Source: Minisyncoccota bacterium
GTDB lineage: Bacteria > Patescibacteriota > Minisyncoccia > UBA6257 > UBA9933
Direction: 5' to 3'
Assembly: GCA_041650415.1 (NCBI GenBank)
Contig: JBAZLC010000004.1
Span: forward strand, 1 to 60,432
Length of the DNA: 60,432 nt
The first letter of the stretch is position 1; each line of letters opens with the position of its first letter. The position numbers and the translations under genes were made by a program. Positions 42,483 through 51,824 of this stretch are shown here, piece by piece. The notes beneath the pieces are model-generated. The model was not told the origin of the DNA. It made no database searches and saw only the letters and a list, made by a program, of their open reading frames with translations.

Positions 42483-43685
42483 ATGAAAATTTTCGATGCC
42501 AGTATAAAAATAATAAAAGATTCCCGAGGCAAGGACACATTGGAAGCGGAAATGAAAGCCGAAAATTTTTTGGCTTTGGCTTCGGCGCCAAGCGGGAAAA
42601 GCCGGGGAGCGCACGAGGCATTTGTTTTGGAGCCGCAACTTGCCGTTAAAAAATTCAACGAAATAAAACTTGGTATTTTAAACCGGGAATTTAACAGCCA
42701 GCAAGAATTTGATGACTTTTTAAATTATCTTGATGGTTCCGAAAATAAAGGCAATCTTGGCGGAAATTTAACTTTAGTTTTGTCTTTGGCTTTCGCAAGG
42801 TTAAAAGCGAAAACGGAAGGCAAGGAATTATTTAAATATATCGGCGATATTTCCGGCATAAAATATGCAGAATCAAGATTGCCGAGGCCGTTTTTTAACG
42901 TCATAAATGGCGGAGCGCACGCGACGAACCCCAAAAGCAAGCTTGATTTTCAGGAATTTCAAATAATTTCCGAAGCGGAAGATTTCGGGTTGGCGTTGGG
43001 TTTGGGACAGGAATTTTATCAAAAATTAAGAAGTTTTCTTGAGAATAAATTTGGAAAGGAAAACGTTATACTCGGCGACGAGGCGGGATTTTCATGTCCT
43101 TTTGAGAGCAACGAACAAGCGATTGAAATCTTGGCGGATTTGATAGTTAAGAGCAATTATCCTTTAAAAATCGGGTTGGATGTCGCGGCTAGCCAGTTTT
43201 ATAAAGACGGAAAATATTCAGCTGGCGGCAAAGAATATTCTGCGGAAGAACTGAAAGATTTTTACATAAAATTAATTGAAACATACAAAATTTTCTTCAT
43301 AGAGGACCCGTTTTCTGAAGAATCGTTCGACGATTTTACAATATTAAGACAGAACAAGCCTGAGCTTTTGATAATTACCGATGATTTAACAACGACTAAT
43401 TTTGAAAGGCTTAAAAACGCAATCAATAAAAAGTCTGGCAACGCGATTTTGGTAAAGCCGAATCAGATTGGGACTTTAACAGAGACGATAAACGTTATTA
43501 AACTGGCGCATGAAAATAATTGGCAAGAAGTGGTTTCTCATAGAAGTGGAGAAACAATAGACGATTTTATCGCGGATTTGGCGGCCGGAACAGGAGCATA
43601 CGGGATAAAAGCCGGCGCTCCATCGGCGCCGGAAAGAATGGCGAAATATAATAGACTTTTGAGAATTGGCGAATTAGGGAATTAG
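42483..43685 (+). CDS. eno: Enolase, short and divergent
   Basis: SRGKDTLEAEM, SAPSGKSRGAHEA, VSHRSGETIDDFIADLA, KAGAPSAPERMAKYNRLLRI. Confidence 0.85.
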   Translation: MKIFDASIKIIKDSRGKDTLEAEMKAENFLALASAPSGKSRGAHEAFVLEPQLAVKKFNEIKLGILNREFNSQQEFDDFLNYLDGSENKGNLGGNLTLVLSLAFARLKAKTEGKELFKYIGDISGIKYAESRLPRPFFNVINGGAHATNPKSKLDFQEFQIISEAEDFGLALGLGQEFYQKLRSFLENKFGKENVILGDEAGFSCPFESNEQAIEILADLIVKSNYPLKIGLDVAASQFYKDGKYSAGGKEYSAEELKDFYIKLIETYKIFFIEDPFSEESFDDFTILRQNKPELLIITDDLTTTNFERLKNAINKKSGNAILVKPNQIGTLTETINVIKLAHENNWQEVVSHRSGETIDDFIADLAAGTGAYGIKAGAPSAPERMAKYNRLLRIGELGN

Positions 43686-43718
43686 ATAATTAGTTTTTTT
43701 AAAAAATTATTCAATTAT

Positions 43719-45260
43719 CTAATTCACTAAGAATTTAACTAAGCTTTGGCCTGTCATATCCGCGGGTTGGCGAATTTTCATTAATTCTAAAATAGTCGGA
43801 GCAACATCGGCTAAAATGCCGACATTTTCTTTTTTTGACGCACGAATTTCTTCTTCGGTTCTCGCGCGCATGAATTTTTTCGCGACCAAGTAAATCGGCA
43901 CGGGATTAGCGTTGTGTTTTGTTTCGATATTGCCGGTTTTTTCATCAATTACTTTTTCCATATTGCCGTGGTCGGAAGTGATAATCATGATGGCGTCGGT
44001 TTCCAAAACGGTTTTTATAAGCTTGCCGACTTGCTCGTCTACGACTTTAACCGCTTTAATGCAGGCGTCGTAATTGCCGGTGTGGGCGATAATGTCCGAA
44101 TTGGCGAAATTCAAGAGCACAAAATCAAACGCATCTTCCATTATCGATTCGATGGCCCGGCCGGCGATTTCGGACGCCATCATTTCGGGATGTTCGTCTT
44201 GCCTGACTATGGGCCTTGAAGGAATTAACACGCGGTACTCGTTTAAAAACGGCTTTTCTTCGAGTCCGTTAAAAAAATAAGTGATGTGCGGGTATTTTTG
44301 GGTTTCGGTTATTCTGATTTGGTTTTTATTGTTGTCAGCCAGAATTTTTCCGAGACAATTTGTAATCACTTCATTAGGAAAGGCGACTGCCGCGCTTATA
44401 TTTTTGTCGTAAGGCGTCATTGTCGCGACGTATAAATTATTAAGGCTTTTGGTTGGAAATTTTTGGAAATTTCTGTCGGCGAAAACGGATGCCATCTGCC
44501 TGATTCTGTCCTCGCGGAAATTGAAAAATATTACCGCATCGTTATCTTTGATTTCGCAGTCTTCTTTTACGCGTGTTGGCTCGATATATTCATCGGTTTT
44601 TTTATTCGCGTAGGAATTTTTAATATATGTTTCGATATCGGCGTTTATTGGGCCTTCGCCAATCATTACGGAATAAGCTTTTTTTGTGCGGTCCCAGTAG
44701 CCTTCTCTGTCCATACCGTAAAAACGGCCGCTGATACTTGCTAAATTCGCTTCTTTAGGCAAATTAGCCAGCGTATTTATAGATGAAGTCGGCGCGCTAT
44801 CCCGGCCATCGGTAAAAAGATGAAGATTTATTTTAGAAACGCCTTCTTGTATAGCGAACTCAACGAGTTTTTTTATGTGTTCAAAAGAAGAATGGACGTT
44901 TCCGTCGCCCACCAGTCCCACAAGATTAACACTGGAATTATTTTTCCTGGCATGTTCGAAAGCGTTTTTCAGCGCCGGGTTTTTAAAAAAACTTTCATCG
45001 CGGATAGCCAGGTCGATTCGGGGCAAGTATTGATAAATAATTCTCCCGGCACCCAAATTAAGGTGGCCGACTTCGCTGTTGCCTTCTTCTCCCCAGGGCA
45101 GACCGACGCTGACGCCGGATGCCTGAAGCAGACCGCTGGGGAAATTAGCCCTTAAATAATCAAAGTTTTTGAGCTCGGCAACATAAATCGGATTGGTTTC
45201 ATTTTGTTGGCCTTCGCCCCAGCCATCCAATATCGCTAATATAACAGGTTGTTTTGACAT
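43719..45260 (-). CDS. gpmI: 2,3-bisphosphoglycerate-independent phosphoglycerate mutase
   Basis: ILDGWG, NSEVGHLNLGAGR, TDGRDS, TSDHGN. Confidence 0.95.
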   Translation of the reverse strand: MSKQPVILAILDGWGEGQQNETNPIYVAELKNFDYLRANFPSGLLQASGVSVGLPWGEEGNSEVGHLNLGAGRIIYQYLPRIDLAIRDESFFKNPALKNAFEHARKNNSSVNLVGLVGDGNVHSSFEHIKKLVEFAIQEGVSKINLHLFTDGRDSAPTSSINTLANLPKEANLASISGRFYGMDREGYWDRTKKAYSVMIGEGPINADIETYIKNSYANKKTDEYIEPTRVKEDCEIKDNDAVIFFNFREDRIRQMASVFADRNFQKFPTKSLNNLYVATMTPYDKNISAAVAFPNEVITNCLGKILADNNKNQIRITETQKYPHITYFFNGLEEKPFLNEYRVLIPSRPIVRQDEHPEMMASEIAGRAIESIMEDAFDFVLLNFANSDIIAHTGNYDACIKAVKVVDEQVGKLIKTVLETDAIMIITSDHGNMEKVIDEKTGNIETKHNANPVPIYLVAKKFMRARTEEEIRASKKENVGILADVAPTILELMKIRQPADMTGQSLVKFLVN

Positions 45261-45388
45261 AATTTTATTTTAACGTTATAATCGATTTATAGCAAACAAA
45301 AGTTCGCTAATTTAAACGAATATGGCCACGGACTTATTAATTAAAATTTCAAAACGTGTTCAACTTCGTGATTATTCGCGATTAAATT

Positions 45389-46915
45389 ATGATTTATCAA
45401 AATCCGCTTTTTTGGGCCGGACTAATTATTTTAGGGGCAGTTGCCGGCTATTTTATTCGTCAAATAATAGCGTCTAAAAATCTTAATTCCGCCGAGCAAA
45501 TAATAAAACGGCAAATAGAGGAATCCAAGGCGAAAGCCAAAGAAATAATTCTTGAAGCACAAGAAAAGGCCACCGGCGCGCTTGAAGAAGTAAAACAGGC
45601 CGAAAAAGAAGGCAAAATCCAACTAGGTAAACTTGAAGAACGGCTTCTAAAAAAAGAAGAGCATTTGGACGCGCAAACTTCTGAATTAAGGCAGCGAGAA
45701 GAAAAATCTCTTCAGGATATAGAAAAATTAAGAGCCGCTAAGGCGGAAATAGACGAAATTAAACAAAGAGTCATGTCCGAACTTGAAAAAGTTTCCGGAA
45801 TGTCCGCCAGCCAGGCAAAAGAAATTCTTTTAAAAAACGCCCAAGAATTACATCAGGGCGAGCTTGTTTCAACTCTCTCCAAAATGGATAAGGAAAGGCG
45901 CGAAGATATCGAGAAAAAGAGTTTGGATATCATGACGACTGCCATGCAACGCTACGCGCGTTCACACGTGAGCGACGTGACGACCTCAGTTTTCACTCTT
46001 AACGATGAAGACTTGAAAGGCAAAATAATCGGAAGAGAAGGAAGAAATATCCGCGCTTTGGAGCGCGCTACCGGAGTGGAATTCGTGATAGACGAAACTC
46101 CGGAAAGCATCGTGATATCTTCTTTTGATCCAATAAGAAGGGAAATCGCCAGAATGGCTTTGCAAAAACTCGTTAAAGACGGGAGAATTCAGCCGGCGAA
46201 AATCGAAGAAAAAGTCGAAGAAGCCAAACAGGAAATCGGCAAGAAAATAATCGAATTGGGTGAAAGCGCGGCGTATGAAGCCGGAGTTTACGATTTACCC
46301 AGAGAAATAATTCAGCTTTTGGGAAGGCTTCATTTCCGTTTGAGCTACGGCCAAAATGTCTTGACTCACTCGATCGAAACGTCTTATTTGGCGGCGATGA
46401 TAGCGTCGGAGCTCGGCCAAAATGTGGAAGTGGCGAAAAAAGCCGCCCTGCTTCACGATATTGGAAAAGCCATAGACCATGAAGTTCAGGGAAGCCACGT
46501 CGATCTCGGCAGAAAGATTCTTCAGAAATACGGCGTTAGTGAGGAAATAATTAAAGCAATGGAAGCGCATCATGAAGAATATCCTTTTGCCAGCCCCGAG
46601 GCCTACATTATTGCGGCATCGGATGCTCTTTCGGCAAGCAGGCCCGGAGCGCGCCGCGATACCTTGGAAAACTACCTTAAACGTTTGGGCGACCTTGAGA
46701 AAATCGCAACCGGGTTTGAAGGCGTTAAAAATGCTTATGCCATTTCAGCCGGAAGAGAATTGAGAATATTCGTTGTTCCCGAGAAAATAGACGATTTTAA
46801 GGCGCTTCAATTGGCACGGGAAATAGCCAATAAAATAGAGTCCGAGCTGAAATATCCAGGTGAAATCAAGGTAAATGTCATCCGCGAGATGAAAGCCGTT
46901 GAATATGCTAAGTAA
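45389..46915 (+). CDS. rny: Ribonuclease Y
   Basis: N-terminal TM, coiled coil, KH (GREGRNIRALE) and HD (LLHDIGKA) domains. Confidence 0.95.
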   Translation: MIYQNPLFWAGLIILGAVAGYFIRQIIASKNLNSAEQIIKRQIEESKAKAKEIILEAQEKATGALEEVKQAEKEGKIQLGKLEERLLKKEEHLDAQTSELRQREEKSLQDIEKLRAAKAEIDEIKQRVMSELEKVSGMSASQAKEILLKNAQELHQGELVSTLSKMDKERREDIEKKSLDIMTTAMQRYARSHVSDVTTSVFTLNDEDLKGKIIGREGRNIRALERATGVEFVIDETPESIVISSFDPIRREIARMALQKLVKDGRIQPAKIEEKVEEAKQEIGKKIIELGESAAYEAGVYDLPREIIQLLGRLHFRLSYGQNVLTHSIETSYLAAMIASELGQNVEVAKKAALLHDIGKAIDHEVQGSHVDLGRKILQKYGVSEEIIKAMEAHHEEYPFASPEAYIIAASDALSASRPGARRDTLENYLKRLGDLEKIATGFEGVKNAYAISAGRELRIFVVPEKIDDFKALQLAREIANKIESELKYPGEIKVNVIREMKAVEYAK

Positions 46916-47010
46916 AATGCGGGCTATTGACTTTTGCGGCCAGACGAACGAGAATTAATATAGATTTTACAATACTAAAGGTCGAGTTAGCGTAATTTAG
47001 TTTTAAGATT

Positions 47011-47286
47011 ATGAATAAAGTTGGATTAGTAGAAGCGGTGATGAAGGCCGCTGGAATAGAAGTTAAAAAGCAAGGAGCTGCGGTTGTTGAAGCAGTTTTC
47101 GATACCATTACAAAAACATTATCAAAAGGCGAAGAAGTTGCCATAACCGGATTTGGAACATTCAGAGTCGCCAAAAGGGCCGCTCGCATGGGTGTTAATC
47201 CGAAGACCGGAGAAAAGATCCAAATTGCCGCTTCGATAAAGCCGAAATTCAGAGCCGGAAAGGTTTTGAAAGAAGCTGTTAAATAA
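47011..47286 (+). CDS. hup: HU family DNA-binding protein
   Basis: GFGTFRVAKRAARMGVNPKTGEKIQI. Confidence 0.95.
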   Translation: MNKVGLVEAVMKAAGIEVKKQGAAVVEAVFDTITKTLSKGEEVAITGFGTFRVAKRAARMGVNPKTGEKIQIAASIKPKFRAGKVLKEAVK

Positions 47287-47310
47287 AAAAAGACCTACTG
47301 TTATTGGAAA

Positions 47311-47337
47311 AATAATCCCGCATTACGCGGGATTATT
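47311..47337. terminator. Bidirectional hairpin between hup and the convergent gene
   Basis: aataatcccgc-atta-gcgggattatt. Confidence 0.7.
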
Positions 47338-47839
47338 TATTTTGAAGCAGTAAGTCTATTTTATAAAGAGTGTCTTGGGCGGCTTTTATTTTTTCAAGCG
47401 ATTTATCTGTGTCGCTTTCGTCGGATGCCTGTTTTAATTGTTCGTTTGCTTGTATAAGCATCGCTTGGATAGTAACGCCTTTATTATAATCAACCTCTTT
47501 GTTCCCCAAGAGATATTTTATTTCATCAAGTTTAATTTGAATGGATTCATTTACTTCGCCGGCCTTAACCACAAAATCATGTTTATTTATCTGGTCGATT
47601 GTGAAGAGCGCCGAGCCTGAAATTATTAAGAATAAAGCGAAAGCTGTTGCGGCAATGGCATAGATAGGCTTTCGGGAATAAGCGGCAACCAAAACATCCG
47701 CCAAAGAAAACCTTTTCGGAATCATTCTTTTGCCGGAGTTTATCTCGGCTAAAAGCAGATTTCGCGACTTGGCGGAATAATCCGCATCTGGCGCGATGCT
47801 TTTAAGTTCGCTTAAAATTTTGATTAGTTCTTTATCCAT
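47333..47839 (-). CDS. Membrane-anchored protein, putative anti-sigma partner; called on context only
   Basis: It overlaps the sigma-factor gene stop by 8 nt and has a single central TM (PIYAIAATAFALFLIISGSALF). Confidence 0.5.
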   Translation of the reverse strand: MDKELIKILSELKSIAPDADYSAKSRNLLLAEINSGKRMIPKRFSLADVLVAAYSRKPIYAIAATAFALFLIISGSALFTIDQINKHDFVVKAGEVNESIQIKLDEIKYLLGNKEVDYNKGVTIQAMLIQANEQLKQASDESDTDKSLEKIKAAQDTLYKIDLLLQNK

Positions 47840-48362
47840 CGATTATTTTCTTTAAATTTTTGATAGCCCGATATTGAAGAAGCTTTACCGCACTTTCGCT
47901 TTTATCAAGAGCCAGGGCGGTTTCGCTAATTGACATGTCTTCGATAAATCTGAAGATTATTACACTTTGTTGTTCGTCATTGAGCTTAATAATCGCGTTT
48001 TTAACCCTTTCCAGGTCGGTTTTTTTATCAAAAGATATTTGTGAATCGCTTTCGGTTTTTAACTCGGCAATCGACTCCAGTTCGACAACGTCCTTTTTCA
48101 AACGGTAGAAATCTATAACTTGGTTTCTGGCTATTGAATACAGCCAGCTTGAAAAGGGAAATCCTTTAAAGTTGTAGCTGGGCATATTCCGCCAGGATTT
48201 CAGAAATACTTGGTGGGTGAGGTCTTCGGCCTCCTCACGTAGGCCAACTTTAAGATAAATAAATCTGTAAATTCCAGATTGGTACTTATCATAAAGTTGG
48301 CCAAAGGCCTCGGCCTCACCCGCCATGGCGCGTTCTATTAAATTTTTATCGCCATCTGACAT
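47832..48362 (-). CDS. ECF-type sigma-70 family RNA polymerase sigma factor
   Basis: Region 2 (YRFIYLKV...AEDLTHQVFLKSWRN) and region 4 HTH (SISETALALDKSESAVKLLQYRAIKNLKK). Confidence 0.85.
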   Translation of the reverse strand: MSDGDKNLIERAMAGEAEAFGQLYDKYQSGIYRFIYLKVGLREEAEDLTHQVFLKSWRNMPSYNFKGFPFSSWLYSIARNQVIDFYRLKKDVVELESIAELKTESDSQISFDKKTDLERVKNAIIKLNDEQQSVIIFRFIEDMSISETALALDKSESAVKLLQYRAIKNLKKIIDG

Positions 48363-48592
48363 ATATAACGAATCAAAAATTAATTAGTTTCTCTATAAAT
48401 CGATAATTTCACTATTTTATATTAACTGAAATCTTAGTTTTTGGCGAATTGATTTTCGCCAAAAGGTGAAAAAAAACCGCCTACGACGGAATATTTAAAG
48501 AATGATTGCATGTTAAAAAACATTTGGCGTTAAGTCAATCTATTTAATGTTATTAAAAAGCGATTTGCGGTAAATTGTAAGCGTTTTAGACT

Positions 48593-49222
48593 CTATTGTT
48601 TCTGGCTATTAGTATGATTGCCATTCCCATTTTTCCCATTCCCGTTTTTGCCTTTTTTCTCAAAAACCTCGATTTCTTTTTTGAGCTCGGTCATTTTTAT
48701 TTCTCTTCCGACCATAGCCTTGTTTAGCGCTTTAAGTTCTTCTACTTGGTCTGAAAGTTGTTTTGTTCTTTCAGCTACTTTGCATTCAAGCTCTTTTGTG
48801 TAATCAAGCAGATTTTTTTCAAACTGTTTTCTTTTAGTGATATCTTCCAGAGCTAAGATAATTAATTGGACGGCATCTATTTGTCTGGCATTGAGCAATA
48901 TTGTTTTTTCTCCGATTGTTTCAAAAATATGCGTGACCTCGTAATTTTTAACGGTTTTTTTGTCCGGCAAAATTTTTTCCAGCAAATTTTTCAATTCGGG
49001 AATATTCCATTGCCCATTACCCAGTTTATAGACGAATTCATTTTCCGTTTGCTCCGGCGAAACCTGAAATTCTTCATAAAACATTGGATTTGCCGAAATT
49101 ATCCGAAGATTTGGACGTAAAATTAAAATAGGTTCCCGGGCGACATCTGTAAGCGTTTTCATGTAATACAGGGCAAGCTCTTTTGATTGGCTTTCGCTTT
49201 GTTCAACTTCGTTATTTTTCAT
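48593..49222 (-). CDS. PAS-like domain protein with a coiled coil and a GKNGNG-repeat tail
   Basis: EPILILRPNLRIISANPMFYEEF...ILLNARQI...ALEDITKRKQFEKNL. Confidence 0.6.
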   Translation of the reverse strand: MKNNEVEQSESQSKELALYYMKTLTDVAREPILILRPNLRIISANPMFYEEFQVSPEQTENEFVYKLGNGQWNIPELKNLLEKILPDKKTVKNYEVTHIFETIGEKTILLNARQIDAVQLIILALEDITKRKQFEKNLLDYTKELECKVAERTKQLSDQVEELKALNKAMVGREIKMTELKKEIEVFEKKGKNGNGKNGNGNHTNSQKQ

Positions 49223-49368
49223 GATTTTATTGTTAATGAATCATTTCGACCTTTATTTTTTGGGGCGTAATTATTGTAAGAATATATATATTATATATCG
49301 CGCCGCAAATTTTTAAATAGCTGCTTTTTTTGGAGTTTTATGGATTTACAAAAATCTAAAAATTTTTG

Positions 49369-49440
49369 AGCGGGTAAAGGGAATCGAACCCTCGTCTTCT
49401 CCATGGCAAGGAGATATAATAGCCACTATACGATACCCGC
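49369..49440 (-). tRNA. tRNA-Gly, anticodon GCC
   Basis: GCGGGTA ... TCTCC TTGCCAT GGAGA AGAC GAGGG TTCGATT CCCTT TACCCGC T. Confidence 0.85.
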
Positions 49441-49446
49441 TTTTGT

Positions 49447-49644
49447 TTAATTGCCCGGTGGCGGGCCAGTAGGCCCTTTTATTGACGGCGCTCCCGTTGG
49501 GCCGTGAAAATTACTATTTGTAGTCGTGCTTTCCGGGTTTGTTGTTGGTGCATTGGCAATCGGCCTGGTGAAATAATTATATGCAAAAAGCGTCGCTAGT
49601 AAAGCCAAAAATATAATTATTAAAATTAATGTTTTTTTATTCAT
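49447..49644 (-). CDS. 65-aa secreted or anchored Pro/Thr-rich protein
   Basis: MNKKTLILIIIFLALLATLFAYNYF...PTTNPESTTT...GPTGPPPGN. Upstream of this Met the track ORF is tRNA sequence. Confidence 0.45.
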   Translation of the reverse strand: MNKKTLILIIIFLALLATLFAYNYFTRPIANAPTTNPESTTTNSNFHGPTGAPSIKGPTGPPPGN

Positions 49645-49655
49645 TTTTTTGTTTG

Positions 49656-49728
49656 TGCACCCACCAGGGCTCGAACCTGGGACCTTCTCCTTAAGAGGGA
49701 GCCGCTCTACCAACTGAGCTATGGGTGC
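49656..49728 (-). tRNA. tRNA-Lys, anticodon CUU
   Basis: GCACCCA TA GCTC AGTTGGTA GAGC G GCTCC CTCTTAA GGAGA AGGTC CCAGG TTCGAGC CCTGG TGGGTGC A. Confidence 0.85.
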
Positions 49729-49733
49729 ATCTG

Positions 49734-49805
49734 TGCCCTCGGAGGGATTCGAACCCCCAACGACTGCTTCGAAGGCAGTCATGATATCCATTTCAACACA
49801 AGGGC
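49734..49805 (-). tRNA. tRNA-Arg, anticodon UCG
   Basis: GCCCTTG ... ACTGC CTTCGAA GCAGT CGTT GGGGG TTCGAAT CCCTC CGAGGGC A. Confidence 0.85.
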
Positions 49806-49863
49806 GAGTTCGAAATATTCGCGTCCGATTTCTTTATTTTCAAACTACATTGTATAATTAAAA

Positions 49864-51333
49864 ATGATGAAATTCAATATACCTGAAGAAGTTGTTGGTA
49901 TTGCCGAAAAGCTTGAAAAAGCAAAATTTAAGGCATATTTAGTGGGCGGTTGCGTCCGCGATATTTTAATTGGCCGCGAACCAAAAGACTGGGATATTGC
50001 CACAAATGCCAAGCCGGAGGAAACGCAAAAGATTTTTAAAGACAGCGTTTACGAAAATAAATTCGGTACTGTCGGCGTAAAAACTCGTTCCGAGAAAGAA
50101 AATTTAAAAATCGTTGAAATTACCACTTTTCGCTTGGAAAGCGAATATACGGATAAACGCCATCCGGATGGAGTAAAATTCGCTAAAACTATAGAAGAGG
50201 ATTTGAGCAGGCGGGATTTTACAATCAACGCTTTGGCTTTAAATTTAACCAAAGGAGAAGCCGGTGAAATGATAGATCCTCATGGCGGCCGGAAAGATTT
50301 AGAAAATAAAACTATTAAAGCGGTAGGTAATGCCGATGAAAGATTTAATGAAGACGCTTTGCGTCTGATGCGGGCGGTGCGTTTTGCCACGGAATTAAGC
50401 TTTAAAATTGAACAAAAAACTCTTGAGGCCGTTGAAAAACGCGCCGGGCTTTTGGAAGCGATAGCTAAAGAAAGAATTCGCGACGAGTTTGTGAAAATAA
50501 TAATGGCATTGGAAGCCGCCAGAGGGATTTTACTTTTGGAAAAGCTGGGACTTTTGGAATATATTATTCCCGAGCTTCGCGAGGGGATAGGCGTGGCTCA
50601 AAATCTTCATCATATCTATACGGTGTTCGAGCATCACATAAAATCTCTTGATTATGCCGTCAAGCAAAATTATTCTTTGGAAATTAGGCTTACCGCACTT
50701 CTTCATGACTTAGGGAAGCCGAAAACCAAGTACGGCGAAGGATACAATGCTACTTTTCACGGTCATGAAATGGCGAGCGCAAAAATGGCCGCCCGGGCGC
50801 TTGAGAGGCTTAGATTTTCAAAAGACCTAATAGAAAAAGTCGTTCATCTTGTCAGGTATCATATGTTTTACTATAACGTGGGCGAGGTTTCGGAAGCGGG
50901 AGTGCGAAGATTTTTGGCGCGAGTCGGACCGGAAAATATAGATGACCTTTTGAAAATCCGCGAGGCCGATAGAATTGGCTCAGGTACGCCCAAGGCCGTT
51001 CCTTATAAAAACCGGCACTTGCTGTTTATGATTGAAAAAGTTAAGACGGACCCGATTTCTCCGAAAATGCTGAAAGTTGACGGCGGAAGCGTGATGAAAA
51101 TTGCCGGCATTGAGCCGGGGCCGAAAGTCGGACAAATTTTGGCGGTATTGCTCGAAGAAGTGTTGGATGACCCGGCGAAAAACGTAAGAAAAGATTTGGA
51201 ATCAAGAATTAAAGATTTGGCAAAGCTTTCAGAAAAAGAATTGATTGCTTTGGCGAAAAAGGCTAAAGATAAAAAAGAAGAGTTCGAAGTCGGAGCGGAG
51301 GAAGAGATGAAGAAGAAATACTATGTTAAGTAA
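49864..51333 (+). CDS. cca: CCA-adding enzyme (tRNA nucleotidyltransferase with HD domain)
   Basis: GGCVRDILIG, DWDIAT, RRDFTINAL, HD region LLHDLGKP. TATAAT at 49853-49858 lies 5 nt before the ATG. Confidence 0.9.
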   Translation: MMKFNIPEEVVGIAEKLEKAKFKAYLVGGCVRDILIGREPKDWDIATNAKPEETQKIFKDSVYENKFGTVGVKTRSEKENLKIVEITTFRLESEYTDKRHPDGVKFAKTIEEDLSRRDFTINALALNLTKGEAGEMIDPHGGRKDLENKTIKAVGNADERFNEDALRLMRAVRFATELSFKIEQKTLEAVEKRAGLLEAIAKERIRDEFVKIIMALEAARGILLLEKLGLLEYIIPELREGIGVAQNLHHIYTVFEHHIKSLDYAVKQNYSLEIRLTALLHDLGKPKTKYGEGYNATFHGHEMASAKMAARALERLRFSKDLIEKVVHLVRYHMFYYNVGEVSEAGVRRFLARVGPENIDDLLKIREADRIGSGTPKAVPYKNRHLLFMIEKVKTDPISPKMLKVDGGSVMKIAGIEPGPKVGQILAVLLEEVLDDPAKNVRKDLESRIKDLAKLSEKELIALAKKAKDKKEEFEVGAEEEMKKKYYVK

Positions 51334-51410
51334 ATTTCTAATTTCTAAATAAATTCCAATGACCAAAATTCAAAACGTTTAGGATTTAGAAATTAGGATT
51401 TAGAATTTTA
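51333..51410. repeat. Inverted pair of TTAGAAA-type heptamer tracts
   Basis: aatttctaatttctaaat ... atttagaaattaggatttagaatttt. Confidence 0.65.
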
Positions 51411-51416
51411 AGTTTT

Positions 51417-51824
51417 ATGGCTATATTTCAAAACGAAAAAATTTGGCGGATTTTGACCAATATTTGGACGATTGTTTTCATTATCTTTTTGGTTGTCGAC
51501 TTTTTCCAGTTTAATAAATTCGAATATTTGACGGTGCCGTTTAGCTTTATCTATATCGGCGTTTTAAGCCTTTATGTCGGTACAAAGGAGTTTGATAGAT
51601 GGTATCAAATGCATGAAGGCCGGCATCCCGGAGAAATGTTTATAATTCTTTGGACGGTCGTTATTTTTGGCCTTTTGGCATGTTCTTTTTTCTTGGACGG
51701 GAATCATAGAGTTTCTTCGGAAGCTCTCGCCGATTATATCGCGGTGCTTTCGGTTTTCGCTCTGACGCAAAAATCCAAAAGACTTTATGAAAAAAAGAAA
51801 CGGGCAAAGAAAATAAAATGCTAG
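51417..51824 (+). CDS. Four-TM membrane protein, hypothetical
   Basis: Hydrophobic segments throughout, with a basic tail KKKRAKKIKC. Confidence 0.5.
   Translation: MAIFQNEKIWRILTNIWTIVFIIFLVVDFFQFNKFEYLTVPFSFIYIGVLSLYVGTKEFDRWYQMHEGRHPGEMFIILWTVVIFGLLACSFFLDGNHRVSSEALADYIAVLSVFALTQKSKRLYEKKKRAKKIKC

Noticed and set aside
48443-48470. Hairpin ttttggcgaattgattttcgccaaaa between the PAS and sigma-factor genes, as a terminator or riboswitch
   Set aside because: It is a clean 10-bp stem, but neither strand has a convincing T-tract and I recognised no conserved riboswitch core. I left it unannotated.
49645-49791. N-terminal part of the track ORF 49447-49791 on the minus strand
   Set aside because: It overlaps tRNA-Lys and tRNA-Arg(UCG). 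Only the C-terminal 65 codons from MNKKTL remain a plausible gene.
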